A stretch of 64,000 bases of DNA from a virus, in the IMG/VR virus record IMGVR_UViG_3300044800_000286; one strand, written 5' to 3'. The notes beneath the pieces were generated by a model, which saw only the letters and a list, made by a program, of their open reading frames with translations, was not told the origin of the DNA and did no database searches. Positions 19,047-28,545 of this stretch are shown piece by piece. The position numbers and the translations under genes were made by a program. Position 1 is the first letter of the stretch; each line of letters opens with the position of its first letter.

Positions 19047-19319
19047 ATGAATACTGCGATACCAATGTCGAGAGGCAAGCAGTTCGACGAGGCGGTCGTG
19101 AAGGTGCTGCAAAACGGCCCGCTCACGACCCGCTACCAATATCGCTTGGCTGCCCTGCTCTTTCCACGGCTGGAGTCAGGCAGCATGTGCAGCCACGGCA
19201 AGGAAGGCTTGGAGTGGCATCACGAGCTTCGCACGGCCCAGAAGCGGCTCCGCATCGCCGGGGTGATCGAGCGCCTGCACGTAGCGAAGCGCAACGACCT
19301 GTGGAGGCTGGCGAGCTAG
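19047..19319 (+). CDS. Small winged-helix (Mrr-N-like) protein
   Basis: AGGAGG RBS; WHHELRTAQKRLRIAGVIE...LWRL. Confidence 0.55.
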   Translation: MNTAIPMSRGKQFDEAVVKVLQNGPLTTRYQYRLAALLFPRLESGSMCSHGKEGLEWHHELRTAQKRLRIAGVIERLHVAKRNDLWRLAS

Positions 19320-19343
19320 GGCTTGCGGTCTTTCAGGATTTTA

Positions 19344-19961
19344 TTAAGGAGCTTCGTGCTTGTGTTTAGGGATTTTGCCGTGCTCTTCTTTAGTCATCCA
19401 CGTGACTATTCCGTATGACTCTTTGTATGCCTTCAGGAACTCTTCCAGCGTCGCGTCCTGCGGGGCCGTCAGCAGGTCTCGGGCTGCTTTATTCCGGGGA
19501 TAGACATGATGGTTGGTGTAGCCTTTTTGTTTCTTGTTCGTGTAGACAGACGGAAGGTAGTAGACGGACGCCCCAATTGTATCTAAGACCTGCATTTTCT
19601 GGTTACTGTTGTAGGACCGGAAGCGTGGACGCAACCAATTCACCATGTCTATGACCACTTGTGCACGTTCTTGCAGCCGTTGTTCTTGTTTCGGAGTAAA
19701 CATGATATACACCGCCGCCGCATCACCAGGTCGTATGCGGGAGCCCAAGCCAAGCCCGTGGAATTGTTGACATTCTCCAATTTCGCACCCGCATTTAAAC
19801 TCAAAAGCCGATGCTTCGGGGCCGTGGGCAAAACAGACCCAGCGGTCTTTTGCCCTCCCCCACACGTCCCTGCACCCGCACAGCTTGCCATCCACTTCCG
19901 CTTCGCAGGTCGGCACGCGGGGCACCAACTCGCCGTTGTCGTTAAGCGTCACGCGGCTCAT
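19344..19961 (-). CDS. Hypothetical protein
   Basis: ATG at 19961 overlaps upstream stop; Cys-rich N-terminus, HHVYPR segment. Confidence 0.5.
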   Translation of the reverse strand: MSRVTLNDNGELVPRVPTCEAEVDGKLCGCRDVWGRAKDRWVCFAHGPEASAFEFKCGCEIGECQQFHGLGLGSRIRPGDAAAVYIMFTPKQEQRLQERAQVVIDMVNWLRPRFRSYNSNQKMQVLDTIGASVYYLPSVYTNKKQKGYTNHHVYPRNKAARDLLTAPQDATLEEFLKAYKESYGIVTWMTKEEHGKIPKHKHEAP

Positions 19962-20173
19962 CGGTCTTCCTCCGTGTCGATCAAATCCTCGATGCGATTG
20001 GCGAGCCGCCGCAGCTTCAGGTATGCTTTTCCGCCGCAAAAATCCATTTGCTCTTGCAGCGCAATCACCAGCGTCGGCAGCAATACTTGGGGAAGCTCCG
20101 TCCGGTCCTTCCACATTTCAGCCAGCAAGCGCTGCGCCCGGTCGTAGGCGATTTCGCGTTCTTTGGTTGTCAT
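19958..20173 (-). CDS. Hypothetical protein
   Basis: GGAG RBS, ATGA coupling. Confidence 0.55.
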   Translation of the reverse strand: MTTKEREIAYDRAQRLLAEMWKDRTELPQVLLPTLVIALQEQMDFCGGKAYLKLRRLANRIEDLIDTEEDR

Positions 20174-20513
20174 TGCAACTCCTTTGCCAACCGGCGCACA
20201 TAGGCGCACGGGTCGCAATCGCAGTTTTCGCCGTCCCGCTGGGCTAGCAGCCGCGGTATTTCTGCTTCCGGCGTCAATGCTTCGTATTCGTTTGTGATCA
20301 TGATTTCCTTTTCCCGAACCAGCGGAACAGCCCGCTTCCGGACAACGGCGTCGGCACGGAATTGGTAATCGCTTTGGCCGTGGAGAAGAGGGAGGCGATC
20401 TCGACGCCCTCTCGCTTCCTGTCGATCTCCGTGCCTTAGCGCGTGTACCCCGCGATCTCGTGCGACAGGGACTTCCAATCAAAACGTGCATGTGGGGCGA
20501 TGGACACTGTAGT

Positions 20514-20699
20514 TTACACCTTTCCTGTGAGAGCGCGTATCTTTTTTTTGTCTTCCGACAACTGCGCTTGGAGGGAGAGCACCAGCCGCGCTTCCTCGTT
20601 CGTCATCGGGTACTTGGACTGGACCGTGCCGATCTGTTCCTCGTACTGAGCGACACGGGTTTCGAGCATTTCGATCTGTTGGCCTAGGGTGGGGTCCAC
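20514..20699 (-). CDS. Small coiled-coil protein
   Basis: GAGGAGG RBS after a TATACT promoter. Confidence 0.6.
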   Translation of the reverse strand: MDPTLGQQIEMLETRVAQYEEQIGTVQSKYPMTNEEARLVLSLQAQLSEDKKKIRALTGKV

Positions 20700-20772
20700 G
20701 GCAATTCCTCCTGCCCTAAGTATACAGGGGGCCGGGAGATTTGACTAGGTACCGGGGAACTAGTACGAAAGG

Positions 20773-20792
20773 TGGTGCCGGGAGGGGGAGTT
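20773..20792 (-). pseudogene. 3' remnant of a tRNA (T-loop to CCA, Leu-like)
   Basis: AACTCCCCCTCCCGGCACCA directly after the HNH stop. Confidence 0.55.
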
Positions 20793-21295
20793 CAGCCTAT
20801 GGCGGCTGCCAAAGTTTCAGTACGGACGCTTGGGCCTTTTCTTCCCCATGTTTCGGTTTGCGAGTGGCAATTGGGGCACAAAAATCTCAAATTGTTTTTT
20901 CGGTTGTCCCACCATTGTCCGCTTTCATGGTCTATTTCCAGAATTAGCGGTTCTCCTCGCCAAATGGGGAGACAATGGCATTTACAACATTCGTACGGAA
21001 CACCCGATTCAATCAACGCCCGACGTAAAACTGCGGCGTGTTCTTTCCGTTGTTCTGGCGAGCGAAGAACTAAAATCTCCTCCCATTGACGACGATTTTT
21101 GGGACGTACTCCCCTGTTCCTCCGTCGGCCCAAAAAGTGGGACGTGTCAAGCCCATAAATTCTTATCCATCGAGAAATGTTTCCTTGTGTCCCCCCGCTT
21201 TGCCGCAGCCCCAATTTGCGGATTATTTCCGCAAGGGTTAAACTATCTGCTACAAGCGGAGACAAAACCTCTTTTGTGTACTTTACATGTCTCAT
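20792..21295 (-). CDS. HNH endonuclease
   Basis: LEIDHESGQWWDNRKNNLRFLCPNCH. Confidence 0.88.
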   Translation of the reverse strand: MRHVKYTKEVLSPLVADSLTLAEIIRKLGLRQSGGTQGNISRWIRIYGLDTSHFLGRRRNRGVRPKNRRQWEEILVLRSPEQRKEHAAVLRRALIESGVPYECCKCHCLPIWRGEPLILEIDHESGQWWDNRKNNLRFLCPNCHSQTETWGRKGPSVRTETLAAAIG

Positions 21296-21354
21296 GGTAG
21301 ACTCCCCTACACATGAGATTGATAGTCTGCCAATTACAACACTACCGATGAATT

Positions 21355-21431
21355 TGGTGGCCGACCGGGGATTCGAACCCCGAAAATCTTCCTTCTGAGG
21401 GAAGCGGATATGCCGGTTCTCCTAGTCGGCC
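21355..21431 (-). tRNA. tRNA-Leu (CAG), short variable loop
   Basis: CTCAGAA loop, CCA. Confidence 0.85.
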
Positions 21432-21436
21432 AAACT

Positions 21437-21527
21437 TGGTGCGGAAGGTGAGAGTCGAACTCACAAGGGGGCTTGCGCCCCAGTGGATTTTAAGTCCACG
21501 GCCTCCGGCCAATCGGGCTGCTCCCGC
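21437..21527 (-). tRNA. tRNA-Leu (TAA)
   Basis: CTTAAAA loop, long variable arm, CCA. Confidence 0.88.
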
Positions 21528-21532
21528 AAAGT

Positions 21533-21622
21533 TGGTGGCGGATGAGAGACTCGAACTCTCACGGGCTGCTAAGTCCCGGCAGATTTTGAGTCTGCTGCGT
21601 CTGCCAGTTCCGCCAATCCGCC
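21533..21622 (-). tRNA. tRNA-Leu (CAA)
   Basis: CTCAAAA loop, long variable arm, CCA. Confidence 0.9.
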
Positions 21623-21628
21623 AAATTT

Positions 21629-21719
21629 TGGTGCGGGCGAGTGGATTCGAACCACCACGGAGTTTAACCTCCGCCAGCCCCTCAAGCTGGTGCGTCTCGC
21701 CAAGTTTCGCCACGCCCGC
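21629..21719 (-). tRNA. tRNA-Leu (GAG)
   Basis: TTGAGGG loop, long variable arm, CCA. Confidence 0.9.
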
Positions 21720-21731
21720 GAATCTATATCT

Positions 21732-21811
21732 TGGTGCGCAGAGCGGGACTCGAACCCGCAAGCCGTACGTTCTAAGCGTACGAGGTATGCCAAGATTCCC
21801 TTCACCTGCGC
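21732..21811 (-). tRNA. tRNA-Leu (TAG), short variable loop
   Basis: CTTAGAA loop, CCA. Confidence 0.82.
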
Positions 21812-21820
21812 ACTTCAAAC

Positions 21821-21908
21821 TGGTGGAGCGAGCGGGCATCGAACCTGCCATGTCCGCAAGGGACGCCAGGTCTACAGCCCGGTGCACCGCCATTGGTGCG
21901 TTCGCTCC
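21821..21908 (-). tRNA. tRNA-Tyr (GTA)
   Basis: CTGTAGA loop, long variable arm, CCA. Confidence 0.85.
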
Positions 21909-22079
21909 AAAACTCTTCACCCCAAAAACAATAGAGCCGCCGAATCGCTTCAGCGGCTCTGTCGGTACCGGGGCTGTAATTTCGTTTACCCGATGGACAT
22001 ACCGCTGCCGAAGCTACGAAGGTAGCTATACAGTCGCAACGATAATAGGGCCATCGGGGTCATAAAAGTCTCCGTCTAC

Positions 22080-22109
22080 ATAATACTGCGGTAGCTGGAA
22101 AACTGTCAA
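22080..22109 (-). promoter_or_regulatory. Sigma70-type promoter of the Tyr/Leu tRNA array
   Basis: TTGACA-18 bp-TATTAT. Confidence 0.75.
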
Positions 22110-22218
22110 GAACTATTTTGGGGAACTACCCCTTTAAGTACACAAAAAATCTTGTAAATAGCTTGTTTTCAACACAATACAGCTAGCTAAAATCCCTCCT
22201 CGGCTGTATACTATGGGC

Positions 22219-22959
22219 ATGGAGAAAACGCCCATGAAGACAGCAAAAGTTCGCAACCCGTTCGCAGTTTCAGCCAAGGGGCTCGGGGAATTCAATACTC
22301 CTTGTTTCTGCGAGCGTTGTTTCATCCTCAAGAATCAGATGCGCGGCAAAGACAAGGAAGCGCCTTTCACATTTCCGCCACCGGGGATTTTGTCTCGCCT
22401 TGATTCCATGCAAAAGAAACTCATCAAGAACTCTGCGCTTCCGTCTTTCTTGAGCGCCTACGCTGGACAAGAATGTATCGAACTCCACCGCATGACTTTC
22501 ACTGACTCTGAGACTGGCATCGAATTGACTGGCGTCCCCGATTTGGCGTTCCGTGATGCGGACGGCAACATCACCATTTTGGATTTGAAGAGCAGCAAAC
22601 CTCCCGCCGAAGCGACGGAGTGGTCCGAGAGGATGCTCGCCATTTACGCCGCCCAATTGCACGCCTACAAGACGCTGCTTGAAGCCCGCGGCGAGGGGAA
22701 AGTGACCTCGCTCAGCATAGTGTATTTGTGGCCCGATACGATGATCAGCGCCGAGGGTGGCGTCAGCGTCGAGTTCAAGGCGACCGAACTCCCCGTGGCT
22801 CTCGACGGCACGCTCATCTCCCGCCTGTTTCAGAAGGCGAAGGCGTTGCTCGACTCCGAACTGCCCGCTCCGACCGCTGGTTGCGCCGACTGTGCCCGTG
22901 TGGCGAACTTTCTCGTGCTCTTGAACGCTGCGCCGAAGGCTGAGGGGGTGGGGGCATAA
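22219..22959 (+). CDS. PD-(D/E)xK nuclease, Cas4/RecB-like (leaderless start)
   Basis: CERCF...GVPD...ILDLKS...QLHAY...CADC. Confidence 0.8.
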   Translation: MEKTPMKTAKVRNPFAVSAKGLGEFNTPCFCERCFILKNQMRGKDKEAPFTFPPPGILSRLDSMQKKLIKNSALPSFLSAYAGQECIELHRMTFTDSETGIELTGVPDLAFRDADGNITILDLKSSKPPAEATEWSERMLAIYAAQLHAYKTLLEARGEGKVTSLSIVYLWPDTMISAEGGVSVEFKATELPVALDGTLISRLFQKAKALLDSELPAPTAGCADCARVANFLVLLNAAPKAEGVGA

Positions 22960-24533
22960 TGTCAGCACGACTCACAATCGAAGAAGCCGAGCGTCGTTGT
23001 CCTGATATGGTCAAAGGTCAGGCATGGAAAGGCAATCACGCCGAATATAAATTTCTTTGCGAAGTGCACGGAGAATATGAACAAGAATTTAATCGCCACG
23101 CCCGTGGCGCGGGTTGCCAGAAATGCGGACGTGAAAGTATGGCCGAGGCGCAAAGCCTCACAATTCAGGAAATGGAGCACCGCTGTTCCGACATGATTAA
23201 AGGTCAGATATGCAAAGGCACTCACGCCAAGTACTGGTTTATCTGTGGGGATCATGGGCAGTACAAGCAAGAATTTAAGTCGCATGTGGCGGGAAGGGGC
23301 TGTAGAATCTGCGGACGCGAAAAATGTATCGCAAATAGACGACTAACACTCGAAAAAAAGTGGCACAAGGACGACAGATTTAAGCCGGGAAAACGAATAC
23401 CGGGAACAGACTTGGCATACATTGGTCCGTCCAGCCGCAAGACCAGCGGCGGGAATTTCATGGCGGGGGTTCGGTGTCTGCCACATGGAAATAAGTTCGA
23501 GGTGTCTTTTTCCCTCTTGAAAACCGGAAGTCCCACTACTTGCCGAAATAATGAAGCTTGCAATCTTTATGGATTCGAGCCGGGAAAACAGATACCGGAT
23601 ACCGACTTGATATATGTTGGCCCATCCGACCGCAAAAACAGCAGTGGGAAGCGGATGATCGTGGTTCGTTGCGTCCCGCACGGGAACACATTTGAGGTTA
23701 CTTTGCGTGGTGTGAAATCTGGATATGGGACGAGTTGCAGAAGCAATCCTGCTTGCGTCCTGCATGGATTTGAGCCGGGCAAGGTCATACCGGGGACGAG
23801 CCTTACATTTATGCGGAACATGGGAATCCAAAAAAGAAATAGGCATCAGTGGGGGCAGCGCAGCATCATTGTGCGGTGCGAGCACGGAAACGAATTTGAG
23901 ATTCCGCTAGTTCAAGTAAAGAGCGGAACCACCACTAGCTGCATGAAAAATCCTGCCTGTGTCGTCCGTGGATTTGAGCTAGGTAAGTTGATTCCAGATA
24001 CAAACTTCATTTACCAAGGGTATGAGACAGGACGCGATGGAAAACCGGGGCGCGCTTTGGTTGCCTGCCTTTGTGGTAAGGAACTTCGAATCCCCCTCGG
24101 CAACCTTCGAAATGGGGGATCGACAAGCTGTGGCTGCATTAAAACTTCAAAACTGGTAAGGGCTGTCAAAGAATTTTTAACCGCATCGAACATTTCTTTT
24201 GTTTGTGAAAAAAGGTTCGATGAATGCCGCGGACAGGAAGGTCACCACGGGCGCGTTCGCTTGCCTTTCGACTTTTACCTTACCCAGCTAGAAACTTTAA
24301 TCGAATGCCAAGGCATGCAGCATTACCGTCCCATACGGTGGAGCAAAAACACGTCGATAAAGCAGGCCGAGCAAAATTTTCAGGATTTGCTTCACCGTGA
24401 CCGCATCAAGAAGGCTTGGGCGGGACGCAACGGCTACACCCTGATCGTCGTCCCCTATACGATCAAGAACATCGCATCGTTCCTCGAAGACATGCTTCCA
24501 AAGCGCCAGAAGCGTGAAAGGGCTGGGGTGTAA
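22959..24533 (+). CDS. Repeat-rich Zn-binding protein with C-terminal DUF559/Vsr-like endonuclease
   Basis: 2x ~57-aa C..HG...GC..C repeats; 4x ~65-aa F.PGK.IP.T.L...TSC repeats; LPFDFYL...IECQGMQHY...RDRIKK. Confidence 0.75.
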   Translation: MSARLTIEEAERRCPDMVKGQAWKGNHAEYKFLCEVHGEYEQEFNRHARGAGCQKCGRESMAEAQSLTIQEMEHRCSDMIKGQICKGTHAKYWFICGDHGQYKQEFKSHVAGRGCRICGREKCIANRRLTLEKKWHKDDRFKPGKRIPGTDLAYIGPSSRKTSGGNFMAGVRCLPHGNKFEVSFSLLKTGSPTTCRNNEACNLYGFEPGKQIPDTDLIYVGPSDRKNSSGKRMIVVRCVPHGNTFEVTLRGVKSGYGTSCRSNPACVLHGFEPGKVIPGTSLTFMRNMGIQKRNRHQWGQRSIIVRCEHGNEFEIPLVQVKSGTTTSCMKNPACVVRGFELGKLIPDTNFIYQGYETGRDGKPGRALVACLCGKELRIPLGNLRNGGSTSCGCIKTSKLVRAVKEFLTASNISFVCEKRFDECRGQEGHHGRVRLPFDFYLTQLETLIECQGMQHYRPIRWSKNTSIKQAEQNFQDLLHRDRIKKAWAGRNGYTLIVVPYTIKNIASFLEDMLPKRQKRERAGV

Positions 24534-25456
24534 TGAGCCGCAGCACAATAAGCACCTTCGAGCTATTCGAGCGGTTCCCCGACGAGAAGTCCGCCCGGGC
24601 CTACATTGAACGCCGCCTGTGGAAGTGTGGCATCGTCTGCCCGAAGTGCGGCACGAAGGACAGCACGCCCCGCAAGGGCAGGAGGGGGTTCCACCTCTGC
24701 AATCCCTGCCGATTGGAATTCACGGTCAGGACGGGAACCATCTTCGGTCGCTCCCACGTGCCTCTGCATAAGTGGGTCTATGCGATGTACCTGCTCGTCA
24801 CAGCCCGCGAGGGCATTTCGTCTCTGCAACTGAGCAAAGAGATCGGCGTCAAGCAGCATACGGCATGGTTCATGCTCCAGAGGCTCAGGGAAGCGTGCGG
24901 GGCTAAGGTTGAGATGCTGCACGGCACCGTGGAGGCGGATGAGACGGTCATCGGAGGCTTGGAGGATAACAAGCACATGAGCGTCAGGCTCCGCAGGGGA
25001 GTCCCGCCAAAGACGGTCGTCATCGGGATGCGGGAACGGGGCGGCAGGACGGTTGCCAAGATTCTCCAGAGTCACGGCGGGACCGCAATTCGGAACGCCG
25101 TCACAGCCAGCGTGGGGTTGGGAACCCGCCTCATGGCGGACGAAAATCCCAGCTACACGAAACTGGGCAAGCAAGGCTACGAAGTCCAAACGGTCAAACA
25201 CGTCAAGGACGAGTATGTGCGGGGCGACGTGCACACGAACGGAATTGAATCTGTATGGGCCGTGATGAAGCGAGGATTGCACGGGGTCTACCATCACGCC
25301 AGCAAGAAGCATCTACAGCGATATATGGATGAGTTTGCGTTCAGGCTCAACGAAGGAAATGTTGGCAGGCATACTTTCGAGCGGCTGGACAGCTTGGTGG
25401 ACGCCGTGGCGGGGAAGCGGATTACTTACGAGGAGTTGACGGAAAATGCGGACTAG
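24533..25456 (+). CDS. IS1595-family (ISXO2-like) DDE transposase
   Basis: Zn ribbon CPKC...CNPC, HTH GISSLQLSKEIGV, VEADET, MADE, HTNGIESVW, HLQRYMDEF. Confidence 0.95.
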   Translation: MSRSTISTFELFERFPDEKSARAYIERRLWKCGIVCPKCGTKDSTPRKGRRGFHLCNPCRLEFTVRTGTIFGRSHVPLHKWVYAMYLLVTAREGISSLQLSKEIGVKQHTAWFMLQRLREACGAKVEMLHGTVEADETVIGGLEDNKHMSVRLRRGVPPKTVVIGMRERGGRTVAKILQSHGGTAIRNAVTASVGLGTRLMADENPSYTKLGKQGYEVQTVKHVKDEYVRGDVHTNGIESVWAVMKRGLHGVYHHASKKHLQRYMDEFAFRLNEGNVGRHTFERLDSLVDAVAGKRITYEELTENAD

Positions 25457-25483
25457 CCGCCTCCTTATTTGAGGTGAGAAACT

Positions 25484-25726
25484 ATGGAAGTATATTTGAA
25501 TGTTTCAATTGGATTGCCACCCGGTTGTGAAAAGCAATTTTGTCCCACTGAGCAATGCCAACAGAACTGCATCTTATCTGAAACAGATGTTGACAAATAT
25601 TTGAAGCTTGCGCGGGTGCATTTTCCAGAATTCGTCTGGGATAAGCTGCCCGAGGCAAAAGATTCACCGTTCAAAAAGTGGGTTGTTTTCGGTCAATCTA
25701 AACTGGCTGTGGACTTAAAGGGATAA
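25484..25726 (+). CDS. Small cargo protein; stop codon inside the right TIR
   Basis: GAGG RBS; ends AVDLKG* within the TIR. Confidence 0.45.
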   Translation: MEVYLNVSIGLPPGCEKQFCPTEQCQQNCILSETDVDKYLKLARVHFPEFVWDKLPEAKDSPFKKWVVFGQSKLAVDLKG

Positions 25727-25739
25727 TTCCCCTATTTTG

Positions 25740-26260
25740 GGGGATTATATACTTGAGTCCGCAAGCCTCGCAGCGTCCTGCATCGGCTTGAAGTGCCTTA
25801 AGGGTTCCCGCACTCCCCCATTTTAGGGGAGTCGAAGAGTATCATACCGCACCTTATGCTCTTCCACAACCGGACGAACCTGAGTCTCCCGAGGGTTGGT
25901 GGAGGACTTGCCTGTCTTAATCTCCAGAAAGACAATTTCTTTAAGCTGGCCTTCGTCCAAGCCGTCAAAAACGATGTAATCTCAACAACCTTTTCAACTT
26001 CAACAATCTTAGGAACCTCAACAACCTTCTCAACTTCAATAATCTTGGGTATCTCAACCAGATGAGGAACCTCGACAACGCGGGGAGGTGCCGTTTTCAG
26101 GCTTTGGTTCTTACGCCAAAGAACAACAACGGCGACTGTCAACGCCAAAATCACAATCCACTGAAGCATTGAGCTTAATACTGTTCGGGACTGGGAAATG
26201 GCTGTTGTGTATCGGAACTAGGGGTGTTTTGATGGTTGCGTACTCAAGTGTATAATTCCC
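25740..26260. mobile_element. Non-autonomous IS1595-type element abutting the autonomous copy
   Basis: Ends GGGGATTATATACTTGAGTCCGC and (reverse complement) GGGAATTATACACTTGAGTACGC; no transposase; right TSD does not match. Confidence 0.6.
25823..26169 (-). pseudogene. Internally deleted membrane-anchored Holliday-junction-resolvase-like endonuclease (Endonuc_Holl type)
   Basis: TM + VEVPK repeats joined out of frame to DYIVFDGLDEGQLKEIVFLEIKTGKS...VRYDTLRLP (25823-25981). Confidence 0.7.
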
Positions 26261-26311
26261 TAAGTTTACGGGCAAAACACAACTACGGTCCTCCTGATTA
26301 GGGGGGCTACT

Positions 26312-26530
26312 ATGTTATTTATTGCGAAGTCCGGTGAGATCATACCCCTCACAGTGGATTGGAACGGTATTAAGGACTGCCCGACTTTTACGGTTCGAGA
26401 GGATCAGACGTTTGGTGAAGCAGCACATCTTTCAGAGTGTAATTGCGAGTTTCACCGCATGTGTCGCGGCGAAGATATATCGGGGGACCTTGATAGTTCA
26501 AAGAACTCCCTGATAACGAAAAACCTTTAA
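26312..26530 (+). CDS. Hypothetical protein
   Basis: GGGGG RBS, low GC. Confidence 0.45.
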   Translation: MLFIAKSGEIIPLTVDWNGIKDCPTFTVREDQTFGEAAHLSECNCEFHRMCRGEDISGDLDSSKNSLITKNL

Positions 26531-26715
26531 TATCGTCCAACACAACCCATGCGGGACAGGGTTTAGGTTCTCGTGTTTTGCATTTTACACGTAAGGAATA
26601 AGCCATATCTGGGAATTGTACACCCATTCAACTCTAATTCTGCTCAGCCCAAAAAGCCGGGGCGATGCCCAACTCGTGGGCGGACTGGACGAGGACGCGC
26701 AAGGGGTGCTGCATA

Positions 26716-27033
26716 ATGGAAGACCCAAAAGATCAAACCGAATTATTAAAACAAATCATCCGGCAGTTGGTCGCTCGCTGCGAGCAGCTTGACCTTGAGA
26801 ACGAGGCTTTCCACGCTTGGTTAAAGTCCGTAAAGTTTGGTTCCGTAAGCATTGGGGATAAACTTGATGAATCGTTTCGGCAATATTTTGACAGAGAAGT
26901 AAAAACCTCGGATCGTTTTCGGGTTTTAGTGCATCACAAATGGTCTGCCGTAACCGACGTTTTAGAGCACCGGTCGGATGAGACATCCTTGAAAAAGCTG
27001 CTTCAAGGGCTTCCGCCGAAAAAAGGGCAGTAG
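26716..27033 (+). CDS. Hypothetical protein
   Basis: Low-GC ORF MEDPKDQ... Confidence 0.5.
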   Translation: MEDPKDQTELLKQIIRQLVARCEQLDLENEAFHAWLKSVKFGSVSIGDKLDESFRQYFDREVKTSDRFRVLVHHKWSAVTDVLEHRSDETSLKKLLQGLPPKKGQ

Positions 27034-27328
27034 TTTTCTTATTTTTCTTATCCATCTTAATAGCCATGGGATTCCTCCGTAGTAGAAGCCTATAGTTGTA
27101 ATACTGAGAAAGGCCCACTATGACAGCTTATCCAAAACTCAGAATCGCTGTACTAGCAACCGTTCTACTTGCAGTCAGAAAATGAAATCTCAAATTACGG
27201 CAGCGACAGTTGGGGGCTTCTATGGGCACTGAAATCAAGGTCTGGGAAATCTCGGATAATCACGTAAAGGCCGTAGGAGATGCGGCTCTGGAGTCATCTG
27301 CATGACTCCCCTATTTTTTGAGGAAGTC

Positions 27329-27520
27329 CTACTGCTTGGAATGGTCGTACCCGATGTGCCGGGCTTCCGCCCCGCATTTGTGGTACCGGGTGCTGGTGTT
27401 GCCTTCGCGCGTGACAACCTTTCCGTCGCGCACCAGGTCGAAGAACTTCTCGCAGGCATCGCAGTAGAATCCCCACGTGCCGAAATCCCACGGCGTCGGG
27501 CTCGGATCGATGGGCTTCAT
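27329..27520 (-). CDS. Small Cys-containing hypothetical protein
   Basis: AGGAG RBS, coupled. Confidence 0.55.
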   Translation of the reverse strand: MKPIDPSPTPWDFGTWGFYCDACEKFFDLVRDGKVVTREGNTSTRYHKCGAEARHIGYDHSKQ

Positions 27521-27807
27521 GGCTGCTGTTCTCCTTTTTGAGGAATCTCAAACGGCTCGATCTGCTGGGTTTCAAGGTTGAAGCGGTCGAAGGAAATCCC
27601 CATGAGACGGCAGACTCCCACAAGCACCGGGCCGTCCAAGATTCCCCAATTTTCCGGGATAAAATCCGCCTCGCACTTCGGGCACCAGAGATGTTCCTTG
27701 TATTCCGACCAGTCGGGATCGGTGTGGCCGCAGCCGTGGAACGCTATCTCGTATTCTTTCGGGCGTTGGACGTATACCCAAGTGCGTTTTTCCAAAATCT
27801 CGCTCAT
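27517..27807 (-). CDS. Hypothetical Zn-finger protein
   Basis: WSEYKEHLWCPKC motif; ATGA coupling. Confidence 0.6.
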   Translation of the reverse strand: MSEILEKRTWVYVQRPKEYEIAFHGCGHTDPDWSEYKEHLWCPKCEADFIPENWGILDGPVLVGVCRLMGISFDRFNLETQQIEPFEIPQKGEQQP

Positions 27808-28505
27808 TTTTTGCAACCGTTGTTGCAGTCAAATTCCGTGCCGATATACCACTGCTTGATCCAAGACAGGGGGACGTGGCCGTCTTTGTCCATTACTTTG
27901 CGGGGAATCTCGCCCCAGAATTTCTGGAACCGATACGAAGCCGAGGCGCGCACGGCGTCGAGTTCCTTGTTCAGCTTGCATCCACCGTCGTTGCTGAAGG
28001 CATGCTTGTGGCCGGGAATTTTGGGCGCTACGAAAGGCTTCATCGCCACCCTCCAACCGGCGCTCTTGCCTGCCGTGACGGCTTCCTCCATCGGCCCCTG
28101 AGGGTGCCCCTTCGGGCACATCCAGAAAGAGCCCCGCTGGCTGTCCGTGTTGAACATCTGGAGCGCCCGCCCGCATTTCACGCATTTCGGCCAGCAAGCG
28201 GCGTTCTCCAGACCGCAGGAGCACACGAATTTGATGCAGCTATGATCATCGCTGTGGCGGTAGCTCCGCTGCGCAGCGCGGTTGGCGGCGGCTTGGAGCC
28301 GGAGGAACCTCTTCTTGACTTGTGCCTTGGTCATGCGGTCGTTCAGGTGCCAGTCGTGCCACTGCCCGTTAGGGTGGCAGAGGCCGAAGTGCGCCTCGCC
28401 TTTGAACGTCCTCACGTATTCGAGCGCGGCCTTCAGCGTGGAGAAGTCGTAACCGTCGCAGAATACAGTCGGGGTGCTCACATACAGTTGGTATTTGTTG
28501 CTCAT
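27804..28505 (-). CDS. Hypothetical protein
   Basis: AGGAAGG RBS; CSC...CVKC. Confidence 0.65.
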   Translation of the reverse strand: MSNKYQLYVSTPTVFCDGYDFSTLKAALEYVRTFKGEAHFGLCHPNGQWHDWHLNDRMTKAQVKKRFLRLQAAANRAAQRSYRHSDDHSCIKFVCSCGLENAACWPKCVKCGRALQMFNTDSQRGSFWMCPKGHPQGPMEEAVTAGKSAGWRVAMKPFVAPKIPGHKHAFSNDGGCKLNKELDAVRASASYRFQKFWGEIPRKVMDKDGHVPLSWIKQWYIGTEFDCNNGCKK

Positions 28506-28545
28506 GGTTCCTTCCTAGAAAATGCTTTGACATCCTCCCCCGCAT

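Larger units (their letters stand above)
22121..25731 (+). mobile_element. IS1595-family transposon with passenger genes (3611 bp)
   Basis: TIRs GGGAACTACCCCTTTAAGTACAC / GGGAATTATCCCTTTAAGTCCAC; 8-bp TSD CTATTTTG at 22113-22120 and 25732-25739; IS1595 transposase inside. Confidence 0.88.
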
